From IMG/VR virus record IMGVR_UViG_2716884858_000003, positions 32,001-96,000 of that record: 64,000 nt of DNA. The stretch is one strand, 5' to 3'. The notes under the pieces are model-generated. The model was given only the letters and a program-made list of their open reading frames with translations, was not told the DNA's origin and did no database searches. This document shows, piece by piece, positions 45,501-54,364 of this stretch. The DNA comes from a virus (lineage: Duplodnaviria > Caudoviricetes). Position numbers and translations under genes: made by a program. Position 1 is the first letter of the stretch. The number at the start of each line of letters is the position of its first letter.

Positions 45501-45942
45501 CATGGGGTGCCAGCCCAGCTATCACATGAAGAAGGGCACAGACGGCCGCTGGCAGCTGCGCGCCGTGCTCTCCGTGCCGGTGCCGGGCCACTCCTCGCCG
45601 CTGCTCGCCTCCGTCGTGGAGCGTGGCAACCTCGCCCTGGCCGCCAGCGCCGCCGCCGTCCTGGATAACCCGGCGGACACGTCCGGACACGGCGCGGCCC
45701 TGTCCGGGCACGCTATCCGGCGCGCTCTGGCGGACGGCCTTGACCTGCCCGGACAGCGCCCGGACACCGTGCCCGGACACGTCCCGGACAACCCGGCTGC
45801 CCTGCTCGACGACCCGGCGTTCCTTGACGGCCTGTCCGCCGCCCTGGCCCGCCGGGAGAACGAACGACGCCAGGAGGTGGAGGCCATGGCCGCCGCCGTC
45901 CTCGCGCCCACCACCGACACCAACCCGAAGGGGGACCAGTAG
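42592..45942 (+). CDS. MuF minor head protein + 2H phosphoesterase + capsid maturation protease + HTH fusion
   Basis: KQWQTRRD..VRDAH...CNCRC; LHCTL and AHTTA; ETGDGR, GVSVDLD, GATLV..PAY; AGEIAKSLGL HTH. Confidence 0.8.
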   Translation: MDELEEALAAAEEDVAAEARAVLEEVAEEFAAALDGATELVAARFSVSRIGAMFRQRVPRLVRRLLGVTEQAAESAAGQVDAELPDGWDDLPGRQDRGEELPDGIGQYVDSTEHLLRAVGDRLAEVAVRELAAGVDAGEDLEALRARLLAVFAREGAQLGEGREALISTTEAARAWNTATLAAAQALTGPDRPIVKQWQTRRDTKVRDAHHDVDGFVRILDDAFEVAGVDMQHPGDPSAPPALVCNCRCILRLQHAPDRSASALAIPAAGPSDAFETTAAATEHTGAMIALVPSAADVERLALDNGEPAEELHCTLWFLGTAADWTEDQRNELIAGVRARATSLAGPVRAVSFGVNHWNPSSPDPAWVWAIGDDADAGDEDPTLHEARAVAQDALEDGHNNPDLPRQHTPWVAHTTAAYTTETWPLEAMADRLGPLTFDRIRVAFAGEVTDIPLGPEEEPPMDNPTAAALTAALPVRTWSTPDGAALAFENTETGDGRIFAPKALYWDGSGPWPLQYAEEMGMGHEGAELAGAIGKYGRDGDRITGNGVLYLSQRAGYDAVTLLEQEAPLGVSVDLDSVDVEFVDKTLTEDEDGMLVLAASIPYASVMRLPDGAWVINAATSVEATAAGTSFTRRQSLAQLITGPGGRISAAALAVFDGARLPKLTAAAGDPDDADGVVLHSEQAGDFLVRITKARVRGATLVSMPAYDQARIVLDPPEVDGEAAAAVTAALTAASAPGETRQRVIKYVRACPGPVGAGEIAKSLGLTVETARKHLRAASKDGQLVRLAAGLYVGASTIPEGPQVAASAAVTDGEDAALTELVASAWTAMRDLPPMPAAWFAEPTAEELPPGSGGVHYADGRIYGWVAQAGEPHAGFSNRKLTIDSLGEIDTTHFLRARFRLDNGETVKAGAFTMNAPHDRDGAECNDVACQFDDSRTVAGIVTVGMNERGMWFSGAAAPWLSDWDRTVFMGCQPSYHMKKGTDGRWQLRAVLSVPVPGHSSPLLASVVERGNLALAASAAAVLDNPADTSGHGAALSGHAIRRALADGLDLPGQRPDTVPGHVPDNPAALLDDPAFLDGLSAALARRENERRQEVEAMAAAVLAPTTDTNPKGDQ

Positions 45943-45944
45943 CC

Positions 45945-46313
45945 ATGGGATGCGCCTGCAACCAGCGCGGCCGTACACAGTTCGAGGTGGCCATGGAGGC
46001 CGGCCGTGGCCGCGTCGCCTTCACCAGCGGCAGCAAGCCGACCGCCACCACCGTGGCCCAGCGCTACGCCGGCAGCGCCGTCCGCATCAAGGGCAGCGAC
46101 GAACTGGTCCACCACACCGAGAAGTACGAGGTGGCCAAGGACGGCGGCACCGGCCCGGTGGTGTTCGCCCACTCCCTCAAGGCCCAGGCCGTCGCCCACG
46201 CCAAGACCCTGGACGGCGCCGTCGTCCGGGAACGGGAGACCGGCAACTTGGTGCACCCCGCACCCGAAACGCCCGCCGCGGACCTGACCAAGACCGAGCA
46301 GGCGCCCGCGTAG
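45945..46313 (+). CDS. Small virion-region protein with MGCAC N-terminus and internal duplication
   Basis: FEV..GRVAF and YEV..GPVVF repeat; lies before the capsid gene. Confidence 0.75.
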   Translation: MGCACNQRGRTQFEVAMEAGRGRVAFTSGSKPTATTVAQRYAGSAVRIKGSDELVHHTEKYEVAKDGGTGPVVFAHSLKAQAVAHAKTLDGAVVRERETGNLVHPAPETPAADLTKTEQAPA

Positions 46314-46323
46314 CGCCCTGCCA

Positions 46324-46358
46324 CACGCCCCGGGCGACCACCCTCCGCCCGGGGCGTG
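46324..46358 (+). terminator. Hairpin terminator
   Basis: CACGCCCCGGGCG ... CGCCCGGGGCGTG. Confidence 0.65.
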
Positions 46359-46464
46359 CTGCAAACCTCAGAACCTGCTCAGAACGTGCACTGGGGACAG
46401 CGCGACGGGGGATCCTTCACGCAGCGCGCCTCAATTGGGCGCCAGGCCGGACGGGGGGACCAAC

Positions 46465-47055
46465 ATGTCGGATCCGGACAACGTCGCGCGTCTCATCGCC
46501 GTAGGCAGTGCCCTTGCTACCGTCGCCAACATGTCGGTGGGCTACGCGAGCTACCGGCGGAAGCGGCCTCGGCTGGGGGCCAAACTACAGGCGCAACGCC
46601 CCGGCTTCGACGTGCAGGGGGAACGCAAGCCAGTCTTTGAGCTCCTGCTGACGAACCGTAGCGAGACGCCGGTACGGATCAACTGGGCGTACCTGACCAC
46701 GCGCGATGCTGCCCCCGCCGCGTTGCCCAGATGGCTTGTGCGAGTGCGCGTGATGACCACAACCGGCTTGGTCTTCCTGGACGGTAGCCACGTGCGCACC
46801 ACCTGTGAGTTCCCATTCCAACTCGGTGGCATGGAAGAGGAAGCGGTGACGCTCACCGTCCCTGACTGCCTTGCCTTCTTGAACGATCCCGTTCAGAAGG
46901 AGTGCCGCGTGACCGTTGGGCTGTCCAGCGGCAGGGTTGTGCGCACGGGGTGGGAGCGCAAGAGAAACTATGGATTCGACTGTGTGTGCCCTTCCTGCTG
47001 CGAGGAGGGGGACGGGCAGCAGCTGAGCTTTGACGACCTTCTACAGGGCAGCTGA
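46465..47055 (+). CDS. Moron-like protein with N-terminal TM anchor
   Basis: Lower GC3; hydrophobic N-terminus followed by RRKRPR; Cys-rich C-terminus. Confidence 0.65.
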   Translation: MSDPDNVARLIAVGSALATVANMSVGYASYRRKRPRLGAKLQAQRPGFDVQGERKPVFELLLTNRSETPVRINWAYLTTRDAAPAALPRWLVRVRVMTTTGLVFLDGSHVRTTCEFPFQLGGMEEEAVTLTVPDCLAFLNDPVQKECRVTVGLSSGRVVRTGWERKRNYGFDCVCPSCCEEGDGQQLSFDDLLQGS

Positions 47056-47123
47056 CGCGCGCCTCGCCCGGCCTACACCGCCGCCGGCCACTCCGCCCCA
47101 AGACATGCACACCAAGCGGAAGC

Positions 47124-47156
47124 TAGTATTCCGTTTGATCGCTGGTTCAGGGCCGG
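47124..47156 (+). promoter_or_regulatory. Putative late promoter -10 plus GCTGGTTCAGGGCCGG leader motif
   Basis: TAGTAT followed by a motif repeated at 61580, 63781 and 63807. Confidence 0.6.
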
Positions 47157-47187
47157 ATCTTCACGCGCATACCGCTGGAGATCCCGT

Positions 47188-48846
47188 ATGGACTTCGAGA
47201 TTCCCGAGGACGTCACCGCTCTCGACGACGAGGCCCTGGCCCAGGCACTGGACGGCGCCCGCGCCGCCTTCGCCACCCTGTCCGGCCAGGACGTCATCGA
47301 TGGCGACGCCATGGGCCGCATGCGCGCCCTGGCCGGGTGCGTCGAGGACATCCGTACCGAGCAGACCGCTCGCGTGGAGGCCGCCACCCAGGCCGCCGCC
47401 GAGATCGAGGCACTCGCCGCCCAGGTGCGTGGCGAGGAGGCCACCCCGCAGGCCCCGGCCGCCCCTGCTGCGGAGGGAGAGGAGCCGGCCGAGCCGGTCG
47501 CCGCAGCCACCGAGCAGCCCCCGGCCCCGGAGGCGCCGGCCGCCCCGGAGGCCACGGCGTCCGCCGTCGTCGTCCCGACCCGCCCCGCGCTCAACCTGCG
47601 CGCCGTACGCCGCGCCCAGCCGCGCGTCCTGCCGGAGGCCCCGCCCCCGGGCACCACCATCACCGCGGCCGTGGACGTCCCCGGCTACACCCCCGGCTCG
47701 GACCTGGTCTTCGACGACGTGGTCAAGGGCATCAACTCCCGCGCCACCGCCCTCAAGACGGCCGGCGGCGGCGTGGGCCAGGTGATCAGCTATCACCACC
47801 CGTACCCGGCGGACACGATCGTCACGGACTCCAGCAGCGCGCCCGAGGGCACCACCGTGGCCATGGTCGCCTCCAGCCAGTCCCGGCTGCCCCAGGGCGA
47901 CCTGGTCGCGTCCGGCGGCTGGTGTGCCCCGTCCGAGACGCTCTATGAACTGACGGACACGTCCTGCCCGGACATGCTGTGGGACGCCCCGGAGATCCAG
48001 CTGAGCCGGGGCGGCCTGCGCTACTACAAGCCGCTGTCCCTGGACGTCTCCCAGCTCACGTGGGTGCACACCGAGGCCGACGACATCGCCGGCAACACCA
48101 AGCCGTGTTTCCGCATCCCCTGCCCGGACCCGGTGGAGGTGCGCTGTGACGCGGTCGGCGTCTGCCTGGAGGCAGGCATCCTGACCCAGCGTCATTTCCC
48201 GGAGCTCATCGCCTGGTACCTGCGCAACAGCATGGTGGCCCACGAGATCCGGCTGCGGCAGGTGCTGTTCCAGAAGGCGCTGGCGACGGCCACCCCGGTG
48301 ACCATCCCAGCGTCCATGGCCGCCGTCTCCGCCGTGTTCGGCGCGGTCGCCCTCCAGGCCGCGGACATGATCGAGCGTCACAGCCTGTGCGACAGCACGG
48401 CGCTGGAGGTCGTGTTCCCGTGGTGGTCCAAGAACATGTTCCTGGCGGACCTGGCCAGGAGGAACGGCTGCTGCCCCTCCGAGGTGAGCGCCCAGGACGT
48501 GCAGGACCTGTTCAGCCCGCTGGGCGTGCGCATCCAGTGGGCGCGCGGCCTGGCCCCGGCCGTCCCCACCGACATCGGCGGCACCACCGCGGCCACCGAC
48601 TGGCCGTCCACCATCCAGTTCCTCATGTACCCGGCCGGCTCCCTGGTCATCGGGCGCGGCGAGGACGTGAACCTGGGCGTAATTCACGACTCGACCAAGT
48701 TCAGCCGCAACGACTACACGGCCCTCTTCGCCGAAGAGTGCGTGGCGCTTGTTGACAGGTCCGTCGACACGCGCCTCGTGACCGTGCCCGTCTGCGCGTC
48801 CGGTGAGACCGGCGCCCAGACGCTGGTCGCCTGCCCGACCGCCTGA
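47188..48846 (+). CDS. Major capsid protein with N-terminal scaffold-like domain
   Basis: Coiled/Pro-Ala N-terminus; LVASGGWCAPSETLY; PEIQLSRGGLRY; ND..ALFAEE; position after the protease. Confidence 0.8.
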   Translation: MDFEIPEDVTALDDEALAQALDGARAAFATLSGQDVIDGDAMGRMRALAGCVEDIRTEQTARVEAATQAAAEIEALAAQVRGEEATPQAPAAPAAEGEEPAEPVAAATEQPPAPEAPAAPEATASAVVVPTRPALNLRAVRRAQPRVLPEAPPPGTTITAAVDVPGYTPGSDLVFDDVVKGINSRATALKTAGGGVGQVISYHHPYPADTIVTDSSSAPEGTTVAMVASSQSRLPQGDLVASGGWCAPSETLYELTDTSCPDMLWDAPEIQLSRGGLRYYKPLSLDVSQLTWVHTEADDIAGNTKPCFRIPCPDPVEVRCDAVGVCLEAGILTQRHFPELIAWYLRNSMVAHEIRLRQVLFQKALATATPVTIPASMAAVSAVFGAVALQAADMIERHSLCDSTALEVVFPWWSKNMFLADLARRNGCCPSEVSAQDVQDLFSPLGVRIQWARGLAPAVPTDIGGTTAATDWPSTIQFLMYPAGSLVIGRGEDVNLGVIHDSTKFSRNDYTALFAEECVALVDRSVDTRLVTVPVCASGETGAQTLVACPTA

Positions 48847-48859
48847 CCCCCACACAGCA

Positions 48860-48890
48860 GTGCCGGGCCCCCTTCACGCGGGCCCGGCAC
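48860..48890 (+). terminator. Hairpin after the capsid gene
   Basis: GTGCCGGGCCC ... GGGCCCGGCAC. Confidence 0.65.
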
Positions 48891-48924
48891 GCCGCCACCG
48901 GAGGAGGTGAGGCAGGTGAACGCG

Positions 48925-49662
48925 TCAGCGCGTCAGCGGCACGCCGCAGTGGAACGGCCGGTCAGCGAACACGTCCCCGTACTTGCGGAGGCGCTGCTCG
49001 TGGCCGTCACACAGCGGCTCCCCGCCGTTGAGGACGACGTACGGCCTGCCGCACCCCTTCACGGAACAACCGTCGTCCACCGGACGGCCGTTGCTGGAAC
49101 GCTCCGCGCTCACGTTGACGGCGTGTGTCACGGCCTTGAGGTGGGCCGGGTTCACACACCGTCGGTGCGGGCACGTGGGGCCGCCTGCGCACTCCTTCGG
49201 GTCATGGCAGGCGTGATCTACCACCAGGCCAGGAGGGATGCTGCCGTGTTGCAGCGAGTAGGCGTAGCGGTGCGCCGGGGAGTGCAGGAAGCTCCCGTAC
49301 CCGTGGACCGTGATGGTGCCCTCCCAGGGCCAGCACGCGTCCAGATCGCCGCCCTGGGTGTCGACCAGGGTCCAGAAGTCGGCGTTGAGATCGCCGGTGT
49401 AGTTGAACTGGCGCCGGAGCAGTTCCAGCGTTCCGTTGCGGTACAGCCGGGTGTAGTGCTTGCGGCACAGCCCCTTGGCGATCGAAGTGCTGCCGCACTC
49501 GTCAACCGAGCAGGGCGCGTTAGCCGCCTTGCGTGTGCGTACGGTCAGCGGGTCGCCGGTGCGCTGCCACCGGACGTAGTGCTTGTTACACCAGCTGCGG
49601 GCGATGGGCGGGCGCGGGCAGCGGGCTCCGTTCTCGACAGCGGAACAGGTAACGTCGGCCAA
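48925..49662 (-). CDS. Free-standing HNH homing endonuclease with three CxxxxC..CxxH fingers
   Basis: CWPWEG, GYG, AHRYAY, VVDHAC, CVNPAHL. Confidence 0.85.
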   Translation of the reverse strand: MADVTCSAVENGARCPRPPIARSWCNKHYVRWQRTGDPLTVRTRKAANAPCSVDECGSTSIAKGLCRKHYTRLYRNGTLELLRRQFNYTGDLNADFWTLVDTQGGDLDACWPWEGTITVHGYGSFLHSPAHRYAYSLQHGSIPPGLVVDHACHDPKECAGGPTCPHRRCVNPAHLKAVTHAVNVSAERSSNGRPVDDGCSVKGCGRPYVVLNGGEPLCDGHEQRLRKYGDVFADRPFHCGVPLTR

Positions 49663-49793
49663 GGCCGGACTCCTTCTATCTACAGGCCGGAAGGGTTCGG
49701 TTTGGGTCGGCAGCGTGTGGAGCGCTGTCGACCCTCACACTCTGTTCAACGCGGCAGGTCAGAGCGTCGGTTGCACCCCGAGGGGGTGAACTG

Positions 49794-50636
49794 ATGCCTG
49801 CTGGCCTGCGCCAAGTCGTCCCCGGCATTAGCGGCACGCCACTCCCGCACGGCATCCTCGGCGCCTCATGTACGCAGGTCATCGACGTCAGCGAGGACGA
49901 GATCCACCAGCTCAACGGCGTGGAGTGGCTGGCCATGGGCTGCTGCCCGGCCCGGGACTGGCCGGACCCGTGCGAGGACCCCGTGCCCGGGGCCCCGACC
50001 GATAAGGAGTTCTGCCACCCCACCACCGAGCACGCCACGCCCATCACCGTCTACGCCGGCGCGGAGTGCTCAGCCCCCGGGTTCTCGTATGAGGAGGCGC
50101 GCGCCCAGGCGCTGGCCTCCCTGGCGCTCGGCGAGCAGCACGCCATTGAGGCCGGGTTCATGCGGACCAAGCTCACGGCGGACGCGGTGGACATCACCCC
50201 GCCCGAGGGGCCGCTGAACATCGCCCAGGGCGTGGCCGCGCTGGAGGGCTGCCTGGCCGAGAACTACGGCGGCCAGGGCGTGCTGCACGTGCCCGCCGGG
50301 GTGGCGGCGCTGCTCGGCTGCTGCAACGTGGTCCGCGAGGACCCCGCCAGCGGCGGCCTGTACACGCTGGCCGGGAACTGCGCCGTCATCGGCGCCGGTT
50401 ACTCCTACCTCAACCAGGGCCCCGGCGGTATCCCCGCCGACCCGGGCGCCGCCTGGCTGTACATCACCGGGCCCCTGGTGGTGCGCCGCGGCCCGGTCGA
50501 CGTGATCCCGGACCGCTCCCGCGCGTCCGCCTCCGTGAACATCAGGAACAACGACCGCAGGGTGTTGGCGGAGCGCACGGTTGTCGTGGGCACCACCTGC
50601 ACGATCTGCGCAGTGCAGGTGATGGCGTGTCCATGA
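49794..50636 (+). CDS. Probable minor capsid/decoration protein
   Basis: Follows the MCP; Cys-rich; GC3 bias. Confidence 0.65.
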   Translation: MPAGLRQVVPGISGTPLPHGILGASCTQVIDVSEDEIHQLNGVEWLAMGCCPARDWPDPCEDPVPGAPTDKEFCHPTTEHATPITVYAGAECSAPGFSYEEARAQALASLALGEQHAIEAGFMRTKLTADAVDITPPEGPLNIAQGVAALEGCLAENYGGQGVLHVPAGVAALLGCCNVVREDPASGGLYTLAGNCAVIGAGYSYLNQGPGGIPADPGAAWLYITGPLVVRRGPVDVIPDRSRASASVNIRNNDRRVLAERTVVVGTTCTICAVQVMACP

Positions 50637-51103
50637 ACATGATCACTGTCAAGCCCGAGCGGTCCCGGCTCCTCGCGTTCGCCCGCTGGGCCACCGCCCA
50701 GACGCCCAAGGTCGGCACCGTGGGCCTGGGGGAGTTCGGCGTACCGGCGGACCTGTTCGTCCAGGCCCCGGAGGAGGTGCTGGTGGGCTCCCTCGTGGAC
50801 GGCCACCGGTACGTGTCCCCGGCCGAGGACGCCGCCAACGGCGTGCCCGAGCCCGGCGACCACGAGCCGGGCCAGGAGCTGCTGGGCGTCGCCACCCCCG
50901 AGGCACTGGTGTCGCCGGCGGAGCGGGCCGGCGACTTCGCGCCGCTCGAGGATGCCCCCGCCGACGACGAGGAGCCCGGCGGCCAGGACGACGAGCAGGC
51001 CGCCGACGACGGCAGCCCCTACGCGTGCGACCTGTGCACCCGAGAGTTCACCACCGAGCGCGGCCGGGACAGCCACCGCCGCCAGGTCCACCGGGAGGAC
51101 TGA
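50633..51103 (+). CDS. Acidic protein with C-terminal C2H2 zinc finger
   Basis: YACDLCTREFTTERGRDSHRRQVH. Confidence 0.75.
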   Translation: MNMITVKPERSRLLAFARWATAQTPKVGTVGLGEFGVPADLFVQAPEEVLVGSLVDGHRYVSPAEDAANGVPEPGDHEPGQELLGVATPEALVSPAERAGDFAPLEDAPADDEEPGGQDDEQAADDGSPYACDLCTREFTTERGRDSHRRQVHRED

Positions 51104-51106
51104 CGG

Positions 51107-54100
51107 ATGCCCGTAGAGCCGATCCCCTGCGGACCGGACGGCGGCACCGGCACGCCCGGCGCCTGCTCCTGCTCGCCGTCCATCGCCTCCAGCCCCCTGT
51201 GCCGGGCGGACGGCTCCACCGTGCTGGTGGTGCTGCGCTCCGGGTGCGTGGACTGCTCCGCCACCCCGACCGACCCGGCCGTCATCGGGTGGGTGGACCC
51301 CCTCACCGGAGCGTTCACCGCCGGCCCGGTACCGCCGGACGCCGGCCCCTGCTCCATCGGCTGCTCCTGCTCGCCGAGCATCGCCACCACGCCCCTGTGC
51401 CGCGCGGACGGCTCCACCGTGCTCCTGGTCGTGCGCAACGACTGCGCGGACTGCGACACCCCCGCCCCGGACCCGGTAGTCGTCGGCTGGCTGGACCCGC
51501 TCACCGGCGTGTTCACGCCCGGGGCGGCGCCCCCGGACGCCGGGCCCTGCGACCCCGGGTGTGTGGACACCGTCTGTCGGCAACTGTGTGACGACACCGA
51601 CGGCGACGGCCAGCCGGATGCCACCTACAGCGAGCTGTGGTGCATCAAGGCGGACGGCTCCGCCTCCCTCGTCCTCACCTACCAGGACGACCCCTCACAG
51701 CCGTACACGCCCGTGGCACCGGTCGACTGCACGTATGGCTGCCCCGAGACCGAGACCGTCACCCTGTGCGACGCGTCCGGGCCGTTCCTGCGCCGCTTCA
51801 CCTGGCTCGCCGGGGTGGGCACGTACGAGGACGTCGCCCTGGACGGCCAGACACCGCACGTCGTCAACGGCACCGTCGGGGTGTGCGCCGGCGACAGCGG
51901 CACCCCGGGCACGCCGTGCGCCGAGCAGACCACGCCCGCCGCCACGCTCGGCCTGTGCCTGGCGGACGGCACGCCCATCGCGGTCATCCTCACCCGCGAC
52001 TGCGACGGCACGGTCACCCAGGACGGGTGGCTCAACCTCACCACCGGCACCTACAGCGCCGGCGCGCCCCCGGCCGGGGCCGCCGCGTGCGGAGACTCCC
52101 GCGCCTTCGAGCTGGCCGGGCTGCTGTGCGACGTCGACCCGGCAACCGGCGACGTCCTCGGCCTGGTCCTCGTCGAGTACGAGTACAACCCGGACGGCAG
52201 CCTCGCCCACGTGCGGCTCGTGGACCCCGGCACCGGCAGCACGTACACCCTGCAAGGGGAGCTGCGGTACTGCCCGGCCGGGACTGCCGAGGCCGCCGCC
52301 GACCTGGACCTCACCGTGCTGTGCGACGTCCAGGCGGACGGCACGGTCACCCCGTTCGTACGGGACTACCGGCGCGACGCCGTCACCGGCCAGATCAACG
52401 GGCACACGGACTACGGCCTGGACGGCACGCCGTACACCCCGACCGGCACCGCCGGCGTCTGCTCCCCGGAGGCGGAGCCGTGCCGCAACGCCAGCACGCT
52501 CCTGCTGTGCGACCTGCCCACCGACGGTGAGCCGGCCCCGACCATCACCGACACCCCCGGCGGGCCGTACTACCCCTACACCACGGGCGCGGCTATGGCC
52601 GGGGCCCAAACCCTGTGGGACGGCGGCACACTGACCTTGCCGGACGCGGCGGGTCCGCAGCCGGGCACAAGGGGGACCGTCCGCACCGCCGCGGCGATCA
52701 TCCAGGCTCCCCGGCCGGTCTGTGACGCCGGCACGGCGCACGTGAAGGTGCAGGTCGACGTCACCCAGCTCGGCCCTGACACCGGATGCCGTGCCACCGG
52801 TTTCCTCGGCCTCTACAACGGCCCCGGTGACGCGAACCGGGTAGCCCTCGCGCTGGCCCCGCCCGATACGCCTGTCGGGTGGGCCGGAACGCTCACCGCC
52901 GAGGCCGACGTCCCGGCCGCCGATCTCGCCGCCGGGAACATCGTCGTCGTGGTGGCGTTCGACGCCTACGACGACAGCGGCACAGTCTGCCCGCCGCCGC
53001 GCCGCACCGCATGGCAGCTGTCCGCCTTCACCGCGACGACGGTCTACGACCAGACCGGTTGCGACACGCAGTTTCTCCGCAACGTCATCACCGACTGTGA
53101 GACGGGCGCCGTCACCGCCGTCACCGACACCACGCTGGACGGGCAGCCGTACACGCCCACGGGCGCGCCCGGCCAGTGCACCCCGGACAGCAGCGGCAGC
53201 CCGGCCGCCAAGCCGTGCGGGGACACCGAGATTGCGCAGCTGTGTGACCTGACCTACGACCCGCAGGCCCCCATTCCCACGCCGGCTGGCGACTTCACGC
53301 TGACCGGCAACGTGGTGGCGGCCGACGGCGGCGAGACGCTGTGGTTCGCTCAGGCCAACCAGCCCGCCAACGGCGTGGCCGAGCTGCTCGTGAGCGGGCT
53401 GCTGCCCACCGTGCGGTACGAGTTCCGGTTCGCCTCCGCGTGGATCGGCGCGGGGGCCCCCAACCCGGCCAACAACAACGCCATCTATCTGCTGGAGATC
53501 CTGGACGGCGCCGCGGTGCTGGCCGCGAGGAATCGGAACGTCTCCAACGGTTCGAACGCTTTCCCGGGCGGCGCGCTGACCGAAGACCTGCCGCCGCTGG
53601 CGTTCATCGCCCCCGCCACGGGCGCAGTCACCATCCGGTTCACCGACCAGACGACCGGCGGCCCGGTCAACGATCGCGACCTGTTCCTGATGCCGCTGGA
53701 GGTGCGGACAGAGGCACTGACTGTCAAGCGCACCCCGTTCCTGCGGCGCTTCACCTTCGGCTGCGACGGCGACCTCACCTCAACCGAGGATCTTGGCCTG
53801 GACGGCATCACGCCGTACGCCGTGCAGGGCGAGGTGGGCTCGTGCGCCGCTGACGGCGAGGCAGCCGGGACGCCGGTCACGCCTTGCGACGTGCAGAACG
53901 TCTTGGAGGCGTGCCGCTGTGACGACGCCGACGGGGACGGCGTCCCCGAGGTCGGCTACGTGGAGCTGCTCGGCGTCGACTGCACCGGCACCGTTACGAG
54001 CCTGGGCACATACACCAGCGACCTCACCGGCCCCTACTCGCCGGTCGCCCCGATGGACTGCAACACCGGGGACGACGAGGAGGGCGCGGAGCCGGCGTTC

Positions 54101-54364
54101 GGCGCCCAGGCCCACCGCGTGGAACTCACCGGCACCGCCACCTGGAGCGCCGCCGCCTGGCCGACCCTTCAGTCCGTCACCGCCGTTGCCCACGGCGGCA
54201 CCGGCACCATCACGACCGCTGACGGCCCTTCAACCCTCCACCAGGGCGAGGCAGCCACCTGGAGCATCGCGCGGGACGAGGACGCCCGCCTTACCGGCCC
54301 GCTCGTCATCGCAGCGAGCACCGGCACCGTGACAGTCACCTGGACCCAAGGAGTCACCCTGTGA
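51107..54364 (+). CDS. Cys-rich repetitive structural protein (1085 aa)
   Basis: Duplicated CSCSPSIA..PLCRADG unit; LCD..DG..LDG.PY.PTG modules; DxDGDG loops. Confidence 0.8.
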   Translation: MPVEPIPCGPDGGTGTPGACSCSPSIASSPLCRADGSTVLVVLRSGCVDCSATPTDPAVIGWVDPLTGAFTAGPVPPDAGPCSIGCSCSPSIATTPLCRADGSTVLLVVRNDCADCDTPAPDPVVVGWLDPLTGVFTPGAAPPDAGPCDPGCVDTVCRQLCDDTDGDGQPDATYSELWCIKADGSASLVLTYQDDPSQPYTPVAPVDCTYGCPETETVTLCDASGPFLRRFTWLAGVGTYEDVALDGQTPHVVNGTVGVCAGDSGTPGTPCAEQTTPAATLGLCLADGTPIAVILTRDCDGTVTQDGWLNLTTGTYSAGAPPAGAAACGDSRAFELAGLLCDVDPATGDVLGLVLVEYEYNPDGSLAHVRLVDPGTGSTYTLQGELRYCPAGTAEAAADLDLTVLCDVQADGTVTPFVRDYRRDAVTGQINGHTDYGLDGTPYTPTGTAGVCSPEAEPCRNASTLLLCDLPTDGEPAPTITDTPGGPYYPYTTGAAMAGAQTLWDGGTLTLPDAAGPQPGTRGTVRTAAAIIQAPRPVCDAGTAHVKVQVDVTQLGPDTGCRATGFLGLYNGPGDANRVALALAPPDTPVGWAGTLTAEADVPAADLAAGNIVVVVAFDAYDDSGTVCPPPRRTAWQLSAFTATTVYDQTGCDTQFLRNVITDCETGAVTAVTDTTLDGQPYTPTGAPGQCTPDSSGSPAAKPCGDTEIAQLCDLTYDPQAPIPTPAGDFTLTGNVVAADGGETLWFAQANQPANGVAELLVSGLLPTVRYEFRFASAWIGAGAPNPANNNAIYLLEILDGAAVLAARNRNVSNGSNAFPGGALTEDLPPLAFIAPATGAVTIRFTDQTTGGPVNDRDLFLMPLEVRTEALTVKRTPFLRRFTFGCDGDLTSTEDLGLDGITPYAVQGEVGSCAADGEAAGTPVTPCDVQNVLEACRCDDADGDGVPEVGYVELLGVDCTGTVTSLGTYTSDLTGPYSPVAPMDCNTGDDEEGAEPAFGAQAHRVELTGTATWSAAAWPTLQSVTAVAHGGTGTITTADGPSTLHQGEAATWSIARDEDARLTGPLVIAASTGTVTVTWTQGVTL

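Noticed and set aside
42550-45978. 1142-aa minus-strand ORF, and similar ones at 16423-18471 and 61264-63933
   Set aside because: Typical high-GC antisense shadows of well-supported + strand genes
48907-49794. 295-aa + strand ORF, or a group I intron around the HNH
   Set aside because: The ORF is the shadow of the HNH gene; flanking genes appear intact and no intron core was recognised
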